Below are positions 1 to 12,500 of a stretch of 64,000 bases of DNA, piece after piece. Origin of the DNA: Phoronis australis (lineage: Eukaryota > Animalia > Phoronida); assembly GCA_002633005.1 (NCBI GenBank), contig NMRA01000624.1, positions 179,010-243,009 of the forward strand. Reading direction: 5' to 3'. Numbering within the stretch: the stretch's first letter is position 1; every line of letters begins with the position of its first letter. The translations under genes and the position numbers were made by a program. The notes under the pieces were generated by a model. That model was not told the origin of the DNA. It saw only the letters and a program-made list of their open reading frames with translations, and made no database searches.

Positions 1-204
1 CACAAATGCACTCTCTGAGTGCTAAACTAACTCTAACTTAGTATTTGGACATTTGAAAAGGCAGTTAAATCTTTTTATTGCAAATTCTTTGGTGTTATTA
101 CTGGAACATGTTCAGTCATTCAAATGGGGTGATTACCTTCCTGCCGCCTTTTCAGAACTGCCAAGCCTATTTAAATTATAAATTTATTGAAGAGTTCTAT
201 CATA

Positions 205-395
205 TTTTACACGTTTGACTGCTAGCATGGAAAATTCTACACGTTTGACACGCTAGTGTGGCAATTTTTACACATTTGACACATAATGTGTCATGTTTTT
301 ACACGTTTTAAACGTTAGCGTGTCTATTTTGACACGTTTTACACGCTTTTTACACGTTTGACACATTTTTGACACGTTTAACACGCTCAAGAGTG
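205..395. repeat. Imperfect tandem array of ACACGTTTGAC/TTTTACACG motifs (probably subterminal repeats of a DNA transposon)
   Basis: Repeated tttacacgtttgacac-like units at about 11-33 bp spacing. Confidence 0.6.
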
Positions 396-3300
396 TCAAA
401 TGTGTAAGCTTCTCATTCGGCAAAGCAGGTCAGTATACTAAAACGAATACTTCTGTTGTAATAGATAAGGCAAAGAAGTCAGGCTAAATTTCGGCAATAA
501 AATTTGACCGTTACAAAGCAAATCATTATATGCCCTTTATTCAACTAAAGTTCAAATCTGCAGGGTTTCTTTGGGGGGATAAATGGAAACGACGTTTAGT
601 CAAACTGTCTACCATCTACTCATTGTACCCTTGATTTAGACTAAGTTCATGTTACTTTGGGTGTACATGTATATCAAGCCTAGTAACCCCAAGAAATATA
701 CAGAGGAGACTTACAAATTAAAAATCGTTACTCCCTTAATTTATTCAAAGTTCAATCTACAAGAGGAAACAAACACGACTTAGGGGCATGCATTTTACAA
801 ATACAAAATACACCGTACGGTATTTTCAATTTGTAAAATTCCTGCAAAGGTACGTGTATGTAATAAAGTCAACCAGCAAGCCAACAGACTTTACTATAGA
901 CGCACAATGAAAAGATCATCATGCAAAAGGGCCATGAATTCCTACACACACCCAGAACAAAAGACGTCAATTATGTTTAGTTCGTGTAACAAAAACAATC
1001 AAAGGTACATATTAAGCCCAGTAACCCCAGTCTACCCTTGCTAATACCCGATATATCTTCGTCACAGAACTCTTTACCTTGATCTCTCTAAATTAAAAGA
1101 TAGCGTTAATTCAATAGCGCAACCGCATTGATAGCCGATCCCACGGGGAACTAGGTCGCAAGCTTGTCGCATAGATAACGATACAGAGATGTATCCATTG
1201 TTCGCTTTGTTTGTTTACTTATAATTAAGATAATAAAAATAATCGATAACGGGCTGATTAGCTCCTCAGGTGCAATGTTTGTGTCTAACAAAGACACAAC
1301 AAAGGAAAACAATGGAAGTGTCCCCTAGGCGACAACCATACTACGCGCTTGTCGCATGGATCTCGCAAATTAAACAATACCTTGCGATATTCATACAAGG
1401 TCATGATTCTTTGTCAAAGAGCTATGTCGTTGAATCAATCTAGATTTATAAGACAGTTGTAATCCAATAGAGAAATTTGGTTAATAGCGGATAAAACTTC
1501 GTCCGGGAAGGCTTTCCTTCGATTTAGCTAGATTAGAAGAAAGCGCTATTTCGCTAACTAAAGAACGGATATGCCTTCGTCTGAGACTGAGAACTCTTTC
1601 CTTTGATCTATCTAGATTAGGAGATATTGCTACTTCAGTTTTATCTATAGATATTTCGACTGATTACGTCCACTTTGACCCGATGCCTTCATTTTTACTT
1701 GTTAAGTCCATTTTAACTCATGCAATTAATTTTCCCCCTTTTGTCATTCTTGAACCATTTTTCAATATAACATGTATTTTGAGAGGTGTTCCGCTATTAA
1801 TCGACCGTGTGCCCCAATAAAAAAAGTTTTGTTTCAATCATTCTGTTTGACTACAGCAATTACCTCGACAGGATGCAGTATGCAATAGGCACTTGCTCTA
1901 CTTTCTGTGTACATTTCTGCATTACGTTAAAGTCGTGGACAGGTGACAGATGTAAAAACACACTGCAGCATTAGCAGGGGTTTGGTATGATTACTCGGTT
2001 ATTGAATAAAATTTCTGAAATGTTAAGTTACAACTAGAGAATTGTTACTGCATATCGTTGTCAACCTTTGTGCGTTATGCGGAATTCACGAGACGGCTTG
2101 ACATCATGAAATGAATATCAGTCGGCATGATCTGTTGAAAGCGTCTTGTACAAGTACATGTAAATGTACATGTGCAACATTCTGCTGCTGCAATACACTA
2201 CGACATGTATATCCGTGGCAAACGAGGTAAACATGTCCACGTTACATACATTTATGTTAACAAGACATTGCATTTACATTGTTTAAAGCTTTTGCATATA
2301 GTTTCCGGAAGAACATCCAGTAAGCACCAGCTGCAATTGAATATCTGGTACATATTCTCGTTTCAGCTGCCACAATAACCGGGAAAAGTACATGTATGTA
2401 TTTTTGTGGGTTTAATCTTATTGTTATCAACTTCATAATGTCCTACACTTGTTTCCTTGCATAGGAGTAAGTTGGTTAATTACTAAGCTATACTTTCGAA
2501 TAGTATTTTGCTGTGCCATCAAATTTTTATTAATTCCTTGGCAGTTTGTACACAGCGTGCTCGGAGACTTGATTTCGCTGTCACTTAAAACAAAGCAATA
2601 CATGTTTTCACACCTAAAGCATATCTCTGAAATTATATTTTTATGTTGTGTGCATTAACATATAAACAGATTCCAAACCTTCGTCGTTGGTGTCGTCCTT
2701 TCCATCGATTATTAAATGTCTTCTGTCTAGATTCAAAGGTCTTCCATTTTGATGTCTATCATTACATGCCAATCATTGAGTGTGTTCATTATAAAATATT
2801 GTATCTGTTATCGGTAAAAATGTGTCATCAATTACCAAAGACACGTCAATAATCAAACGTCAAATTATGATCTCAAACGGAGACAGTTAACGAAAGATTG
2901 GATGAAAATAGATATCAAGTAAACGTCTGAATACCAATTGAATTGCATAAGCATACTGAATATTAACGTTTATCTAAATATCGTAATACATGTATGTCCA
3001 TTTGAACCATTATTTCCAGTTTGGTGGTGGGATCCATTTTCACCCATTATGTCCCTTATAACGGTAGCAACAATAATAATAATTACATCAAACTCACACA
3101 ATTTTGATTAAAATCCATATCCAAACAATGAAAAATCAACCACGGAATTCTTCATACATATAAGTGATGGAACTTCTCAAGTAGTTTTTTCAAGACTTAA
3201 GTGAATGTGGTGCTAAGGGGATCTCGAGGCTATTTTAAGTTTGTGACAAATTTCCAATGATTTAAGGTTATTTTACTCTGAGGTGACGCTAAGGAGGCTT

Positions 3301-3449
3301 CGAGTAAGTGGATTTATGTGTATAGTGAATGAGATGCTACGATCAGATGACCTCGGGCAAGTTGCCACGGGGTCCAAAATGTATGACTGGGAGCGAACTC
3401 TAATTCAATGACTTTTTGGATGTACTGATCAACTGATTACGTTTTACAG

Positions 3450-3584
3450 CACCTCGACCGTGTGTAAATAAAGTCGCCACACATGTATGTGCTACTTTCG
3501 TACACTGGAAACTCTGCAATTACTTTAAAAGTTGGGCAAGTGACCACTGCGAAGCTTACTGCGGTTTTTGCGTAGGACCTATAG
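3450..3584 (+). CDS. ShKT-like exon A (phase 1-1)
   Basis: ttttacag|...|gtaagt; translates PRPCVNKVATHVCATFVHWKLCNYFKSWASDHCEAYCGFCVGPI; six Cys ending CxxxCxxC; 135 nt. Confidence 0.85.
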
Positions 3585-6500
3585 GTAAGTGTGTAAAGAT
3601 CACAAGGCTTGGGAAATGAAAATGAATCTTGATATACTGTACCTTTGTTAATATTTGAACCGATGACAAATTTAGCAGTAATCAGCCATTGCCAAGTGTT
3701 CCATACATGTATATACTAGTATTCGTTTTGTGTTAATGAAGTGTTTCCCTACATGTATTAGCCACATGCTGCTAAGTTTTACTCATTCATTTATGTAAAG
3801 GTTGGCGTTCTTTATACAGCTGCATTCCTTCTTCAGGACGCAGTAACATGCATTGTCAGTGCTACAATAATACGCGACCTTCCTTAATGACACCTCAGAT
3901 GAGATGTTCAGTCATACTCCACTTGTGCAGTAATACTTAACCAGCGCTAAGGAATAACAGGCAACTTTCCAATTCAGTGACGAAGTGTCGCAAATTAGTA
4001 CATTACTAATTGAATTGGACCTGAGCTAAACAAGCGTTTTGTCGACTCAAAACCTATGTTTAAGGATAAGGATAATTTCGAGCGGTTGTTTTTTTCTTTT
4101 AAGTGGCTGTTTGTTCGAACAGCGCAATTTTGTTTAGTCAATCTAATTGATCATATCACAATCAATTAGTGCATTATGCGTTGCATCGGCAGTGTTTAGA
4201 TGCAATAAGATGATAAATTAATAAAGATTTTGATTTAGCTTAGAGCATATTCTTGTTCCAGAATTAGGTTTATTATTCCAAAGCGATTGTTCGTCCAGCT
4301 TGTTCCGCAATAGTCCGCCATCCACATTTTAACTGCCCCGGTACTTTGCGATTTGCACTCAGCAAGTCACAATCCTCATCTATTTGATGCTGTAAATACA
4401 AACACAACATATGCATGTTGTACGTATTTACCTAAACATCATTCAAGAATGAATAGACTCACCGGAGACAGCCCAAGGGTTATTACATTATTTCTGCGGC
4501 GAAGGATTGTGTCTCCGATGAGTTGCCAGCAATCACTGGTACGGTGCGCAGCTTTAGACGCTCTGCGGCTGGGTTAAATGAATTTTATAGGCCTAATTAT
4601 CCCCAATTCCCGAAATAGATAAATGCAACCACTGTGGTAATAACCACAAGTCTTTAGAGTGCGACAACGTGGAGAAAGAACCGACCTGCGCCAACTGCGG
4701 TGGCCCCCACCCAGCAAACCGCAGGTCCTGCAGTCACTACACTGACTACAAAACTGCAACTATAACAAAGAAGCTGTCATACGCTCAGGCTGCTAAGAGC
4801 CCATCAAACGACCTATAGGTCCTAAGACTGGCTACGACGCTCACCGAGCTGGCGGTGGGTATAATGATAACAAAACTAGGGCTAGACTTCGGAAAGGAAG
4901 AAATCAGCCAGTTGATCGTTGATTCCATCAACACCAACTACAAAACAGATCTGATTGGCTCACGGATCCTCCAGCTGGTGAACAGACTGAAAATATACAG
5001 TATCTAAAGAGACACCTCAGGTTTCCGCCATGGCTAGCCTACTACACATTAACCTCAATGGGGCGAGAGGAAAACGGCAAACTCTAATAGAGCATCTTAC
5101 CGACGAAAAAACAGACGTAGTATCCATGAAAGAAACCTGGCTGTCCGACACCATCAAATTCACAATACCTGGCTACAGCTTTGTCCGGAGAGATCGCTCC
5201 GACCGCTCGGGCGGCGGGGTGGGCATCCTTGTCAGGCAAGGAGTTGATTTCACTCCCATAGACACAAATATGCTCAGAGCTGAAGTAGTTGCGGTTGAAT
5301 GCCGCGTCAACAGAAAAACTACTGCAGTCGTGTCAATCTACAATCCTCTAGGAAGCATTGTAGACAAGTACCTATTTAGGCACTTCACGAACTCCTATAA
5401 ACAGTGCATATGTATGGGCGATTTCAACTCCAAGCATCTGTTCTTCGGAAACAGAAAACTGACATAGCAGGCGAGATACTCTTCAACGCCGTATGAAACT
5501 CAGATCTCCACCTAGTCAACGACACTGGTGAGCCCACTTACCACCAGTGGACTGGCGCACGCCGCCAGATCCAACATCGCGAAGTCTTGGACTTCATATT
5601 CATTACCCGATCTCTACTCAGCTCAGTGCATGAATGCGAGGTTAGGACGACCTCATGAGTGACCACCTAGCGGTACACCTGAAACTAGACAACGCCAGAG
5701 GCCAGCTCGACTCCCTCCCACAAGCTTACATGCACTCATGTAAGAAAATGAATTGGCAACAATTTAAGTGGGATGTGGAGACTGACATAGAATGTACGTA
5801 GAGCCCAATCCGTACTCCAGCCGATATTGATCATGCCTCTCAAGCGTTAAGAAATGCTATAAACAACGCATTGGATAAAAACTGTACCATTGTGAAGATA
5901 CGCCCATTCACATGGCGGTGCTCAGCAGACACACTGATGCTTATCGGGATCAAACGCAAAATCAAGCGCAAGACCCAGGTTTACCCTGACAACCCGATCT
6001 ACTGTAACATCTACAATGTATTGAAAAGACGCGTCGAGAACGCTTTCAAACACGAGAAAAGGCAATCGTACATGCAATTCTGTGAGTCTCTAAATGAGGA
6101 AAGGGGTAAAGGTTTTTGGCAGGCTTTTAAGAGGATTACAGGCAGGGGCCCTCACAACCACCAGAGTGCAAAACCACTGATTCATGACAACAAAACTGCC
6201 TCCTTTAACTCAGACAAGGCCACAGTGTTTGCTACAGAATACCCACAGGATGCACGAAGGCCCGATCTTCTGCAATATGACAAAACGCCTCGTAGACTGT
6301 GCAAAGGTCCGAAAAGCACATCTGTTCAATACCCTTAACACAATTACGCAAGACTGCGGGGATGACCACGAAATGCTTTCTGAAATAAAGCCATTCGAGA
6401 TCAGGCGAAAACTTTCTAAGTGTAAGAAAAACAGCAGCCCAAGAAACGATTCCACATAACCTGGATTTGTCGTGACGACTTGATTGGGACCTCAGGGGTC

Positions 6501-9500
6501 TCACGCTCCACCGGATTATCTACACTAACTTGAAAAGGTTTCGTCCAGTCACGCGTTGTGGGTCATAAATCGAGATAATGATACCCACAGCTGACGCGAC
6601 AAGCAGAACTACTTTCGTTTACTTCATTGGTGCACTAACTGGAGAAATTTAGAATCAGACGTTTAAACAATATCCGATCGTCAACTTTATTCGGGAGACT
6701 TAAATCTCAATGTAGTTTACGCAAAGACGATGCGCGATTTTTAGAGGTGTATTGACGATGATCAACTACGAACTTATTTGCTCTCCGTTTTAAAGTTGAT
6801 CATCGTCAATACACTTCTAAAAATCGCAAATGGTCTTTGCGCAAACTACATTGAGATTTAAGTCTCCCGAAAAAAGTTGACGATCGGATAGTGTTTAAAA
6901 GTCTAATTCTAAATTTCTCCAGTTAGTGCACCAATGAAGTAAACGAAAGTAGTTCTGCTTGTCGCGTCAGCTGTTGGTATCATTATCTCGATGTATGACC
7001 TACAACGCGTGACTGGACAAAGCCTTTTCAAATTAGTGTAGATAAGCTGATGGAGCGTGAGACCCCGAGATCCCAATCGAGTCCTCACGACAACTCCACG
7101 TTATGACCAAGGTTTGGGCACTGCGCTACTGGTAACTGTTCTGAAGGGGTGACGGGGCAGTTTAAAGACAACGGAAAAAAACTGTCCCGACGGGGCAGTA
7201 TAAAGACAAACATGTAGTAGCATGACAGCTGTTGCCAATAAGCCGGATTCATGCGAATCAAAATCTATGCTGACTCTATTAAGCCAGCTTCACACCTAAG
7301 ATGTCAATAATACTGTTGCCATCCAGCCAGCTTCTCGTCTCCACAAGAAGAACACCACCACCACCACCAGCCTACCAGGTCCTGCCGCTCGATCCACGTT
7401 CACACCAACCACAGCAAAGACAGAAGGCGAGATCCACCGATCTTGCGAAGCTGTCCGCGGGCTTCGCCCTCATCTACTCTACTGTCTCTCTTCAATAACA
7501 TATACCAAGCACTTCCAGAACAAGTTGTTGCATGTCAATCTGGGAGTACATAGCGTTTCTCGTTTTAACTGTGACTGTAGCACTTCCACTGGTTCTATGC
7601 ATGTATGATGACATCGACACCAATAAATGCCAATATTATACCACCAACATTTTCATAAGTCAATTGGTAATATGAGCCGTAAATGCCTCTCAACAGGTCT
7701 GATCCTTTCACGTAAATCTGCGCGCATGATCGTCAAGCCGTTCACAGTCTCAGTAGATAGATAGACAGACAGATTGATGGATAGATACATGTAGATAGGT
7801 AGATAGATATATAGATAGATAGATAGATTGGTAGTTTATTTAGCCATTCATAATACAAATAGTCTTGCATCTAAGCAAGTCTTTTTCCTACTTGAGAAGA
7901 ACAACATAAAGTGAAAAGAGTGGGACTTGTAGTAGTCGAAGGCAAACAACTAAACTAAGGTTTTACTAGGACTGCATGTACATGTATAATAGTCGTTGAT
8001 TACTTTAGAAATTTCAAAACAAGGCAAGGAGATTTTCAAAAGGCTAAGGAGCCGCATGCATAAAAGCCACCTCTATCTTCACGTGTAGTTAGTCAAGAAT
8101 AAACTAGGTATTCGTTTCAACAATTTATCTCACTACATGTTAGAAACATAAACCTGAGTTGAGTATCAACAATATGATTATATATCTAATTAAAATGTGT
8201 ACATGTACAAGGAATAAAACTACCGATCCAATAATGGGAGAAACTAAAATAAGGTAGAGATTAAGAAAGATCGCTTAGGTAAGTAGAGGTGAAATGCTCT
8301 AGGAGCACACTGATTGCGGACCAGTAAGGTAGTCATAATCACCAACTGCAATCGTAGAAACAAATGTTTGTGCTTTAATTAATGAAAATATTATCTGGAA
8401 ATAAGTTGAATTACATACCAATGAGAGCCTACCATATCATTTTGACCTCATCATGCCAGATCAAAATGTCTTAATCCCGTCCATAGGTGGCGCACTCAGG
8501 TTGCTGGGGGGCTATAACCACACTTTTCCATTGCTGTGCCGCCCATGTCATCACGATCGTAAATTGCTGTAAAATATCATTAGTTGTTGCTTTTAGCTGA
8601 CGTAAGCATAGACCTGACGACGGTTTTGAGGGCGAGACAAGCATTGGTTGACCTCAATGGATTAGGCCGGTCGACACGTCTTTGCCATGTAGCCGGTTGA
8701 TTTAGGGAAATCTAGGGGAAATAATTGTATCCATTGGTGTCAATATCAACAAACAGAACTAGTGAACGTGTTACAATACCATTTAAAACGTGTGACACAA
8801 ATTACTCCCAGCTTTGCATGTTTGGAAATGTTCCCGGAGTGGCTGGTGGATGGTATTATTAAACACTTCTGTTAATAATAATACATGATTGAGCGACCAA
8901 TAAGCGTACCGATGGTTTTAATTTGATTTTCCAGGGAATGGTGAATACCATAAGACAGGAGACGTGGATGCAGTTATGAACGCAGCAAAAGTGGAAAACA
9001 AAGCTGATTTGTTGAATCTTTCCTTGATTACAATCGCATTAGCTAACGGCGCAGCCACGATCTTTCTACGTACTCTGTAGAAACCAATTTTGTGACTTCC
9101 AATCCCAGGTTTTTAGTTCCATGTACTAATCAACAACGTATTAAATGCTGAGTCTGAATTACCAAAATAGGAAATATAATCTCTGCAATTTGAAAGCCTT
9201 CCTTCATGAGAAGACGTGGAAAAAAGAGTGTATTCTCAAGTCGTCTTTTACATGCAGGTAGTTGAGTTCAACCTATAATCAACTATACAGTACCAATGGC
9301 CTCTTCGTTTCAAACGTAGACAAGCTCTGATGGAACCTAGCTGCATTACGAAATATTTTAACAATGATCCCTGAAACGTGGCCACTTGCTCAATCTTTAG
9401 TTTACTTGAGGAAACCTGGAATTCCATGTTTATGTCCATCTTCTAACGAAGCCCATACACTGCACCTCAACCATCTGAACCATAGGCGTATCTAGGGGTA

Positions 9501-12500
9501 TCAAGGGGTCTGGATTCCCCGGTTTCCTTTGATTTCAGTGATATTGAATCTAGAATTGTTGACACGGACCCCCGCTTTCTAAAAAATCCTAAGTTGATCC
9601 GACCCCCCGCTTTTAAAATTCTCGATCCGCCCCCGTAAACAATTCTATAAAGCATGTTGCCAGCTTCAAAACATAGTCTACCTGTGTTGACCAACTGCTA
9701 AATGCATGGTGATAATACCTCCCAGTAAACATGACAGTATTGGCCCAGTACTGGATATCTGTTGCTTGATAACGCTTGTACCCTATACCGGTTTACCTTT
9801 TTGGGACACTAATGGCCGAGTACCGTCCAACGACACTAACCCAGTGAACCCTTCCCTTACCGGGTCGCCGATGTTGGCCCAATATCGCTTGACCGGTAAT
9901 CACAGACTTGAACACAAGATGGCACCCTGAGGCTTGCCCACAGGTGGGTCAGGCTTACTATTTTAACGATAAAAACGTTTAAGTTTTCTTTAAAAAATTT
10001 TCAATTTTCATAAAAATACTTAATTACCAGCAGATGTATCACAGTATAATTTCATTTTTTAAAGAAAAATTTCCACCAGATGACCCTCATGAAAATACCG
10101 CCAATTTGAAATTTCCGTTGAAGAACTCTTGAGTTGTTTAGAGATTTTCTACAGTTTGAAACCAGCGTGTGTAACAGAATAGTGAAGGATTTTCACAGTG
10201 ATCTTCAGATTTCTGGTAAGTTTCATATTTGTTTACTTTGCATGCCATGCCAATGTCTTTAAGAGGATACAAAACATGATTTATACCACAGATGTTCTCT
10301 GATCGTCTCCAATACAAATTGGGTCTACATTGTACAATGTACTACAGGATATGACTCGGGATTCGCCCATTTCACTTACACAAAACAGGGGTTCAACAAA
10401 CCATGAGCAATATTTCTTTCTCCTGGTAGCATTTACGGTGTCCTGCTCCAGCCACAGCCACAAGTGTCCTCAGCTTCTGATCGTCCCCTGCGGTCCTACA
10501 CACTACATTATAGTTCGGTGAGCAAACCGAAATACAAATTTCATCAGAAGTACTTGAAAAGAGTGTTAAATGAGAGCTTTAGACATGCCATTGATACAAG
10601 TTTTTGAAATTTTCAAATTCATGGTTGGGCGGTTCTCCAGTTATTTAAATTTCAGAGCCTCAAAAATGGCCTTTTTTAGCTAACAGCACCCTGAAATTTC
10701 AGGCCACAGAAAATGGCAAGCTTAGACAACTATAGCATGGTAATTGTTTACAATATGACAGCATTGACTTACGCATACATGTATGATTTTGGTATCGTTT
10801 GATTCCTTGCAAAGTTATCTTTCCAAAAATACACAGGGAATTTCCCTACCCCGTTCCCTTAGTATTTTATCGTGAAATTTCTTCTCGCACTATTCCCCGG
10901 TACTCGGTAGTATTTGAATGGAAGGAGTCCCCTGGCGGTCAAAAACTGAACTTATCATACGCGACTTCTGCTGATCGTCACTTTTCAGAAGTTCAAACTG
11001 ACCGAGACCTGCCTACCCCCTGCCTCAGTTACGGACCCAAGGGTTCGAATTCGATCCTATAGCTACCCTAGTACGCATCTGCTAGTAAGAATCCGCGACA
11101 AAAGCGATGGTTGTTTTTGAGGTCCGAATTGGTGAAAAGGGTATCACTTTAGACAATTTCGTGGAAAATGATCAAATGGTCAATCATTAAAAAATTAGAA
11201 AAGGTGAAATGCTGCTACTTCTCATCCATATTATGTCAGGAAAACTTTAGTGGGAATCTCGGCGCAGGCAAACACCATTCAGAATATATGATGCTGTTTC
11301 ATTCATGAACAACAGGTAACGCTGACATGGCGGTGTCAACCGGGAAATAGTGCGAACCGAAATTCGAGAATAAAATACGGAAGAAACGCGGTAGGGGAAA
11401 CATTTATACATTTTTGGAAAGATAACGCTGCGAGAAATTGAACGATACCAAAATCATGTGTGTTGGCCAATGTCGTCATATTGTAAACAATTACCAATAA
11501 TATGTAGGAAACCATAGCTTACTGTGTTCCTAAAACAAGGAAGTCTTTTACAAGCAGGTTAAGAAGATGGGATCGACACCAAACTACTTGTGACAGGACA
11601 TTTTTACCCCTGAAGCTAAACTGAAAAAGTGGTGTTTTAAAAAGAGAGCAACTTAGTACCTTGAAAATGGCAAAACACTTCAAGAAGACTCTATCCTCAA
11701 AACTGAAGTTAATTTGAATTTTTAAAATATTCTACTCTATTTTAACGAAAATATTTCACCAGTTTGAGCCACTTTGGTAATTAATAGAACATATGACCAA
11801 TTCGGTTCGAGTTTAGGTTGAACCCTGGAAAGGTCAACATGGTTCTTGATTTCGTTAAGTTCTATGCACATTTGAGTAGAAAATACTGAGCAAACCATTA
11901 TGTCTTATTATGTAGCCCAGTGAATGACCTCATTGGTGATCGAAGAACAGATAAACTCAAGTGTCTGCCAGTTTCGCGCCAGCATGACTCTATTTGACTT
12001 GTTTAAAGTATCATAACAAAGAATATTTCTGGCTAAGCAATTGAAAATAGCTCCTGAGCATCAGTTTTCATGAACCACCTGCTAGTATAGAAAAATTGAG
12101 AACATTGCGAGGCTGAGACACAGACTCTAAGGATGTGTGCATTGGGGGGGTTCCTCTTTGATTGAATATTTTGTTTATTAGCGTAACTCTTTTTAAGGCT
12201 TTCTACATAGAATTAGTTAAGTACAGAGTTTACATACCTGATCTAGGGATGAAGTGAACTTGAAAATTTGCTTCTGTAACCTGTTGCTCCCATGCAAAAG
12301 GGGTTGCTTTACTTAAGTTTGAATTCGACCTCTGAAACTGTGCTGTGGGGCTTTAAAGATGGTTATGAACTTCCATCTATTTTATATGCTCATTTTACAT
12401 GTTCTATCTCATTTTAGTTGTTTCACAACGAAACTCCAAATGCCCAAATATCACAATCCAAAACAATGCAGGCTATTGGTAATCTTGTGAAACGTAAACA

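Noticed and set aside
5030-5467. Host APE/exonuclease gene
   Set aside because: Preceded by a zinc-knuckle ORF1 and followed by stops and frameshifts; it is LINE ORF2.
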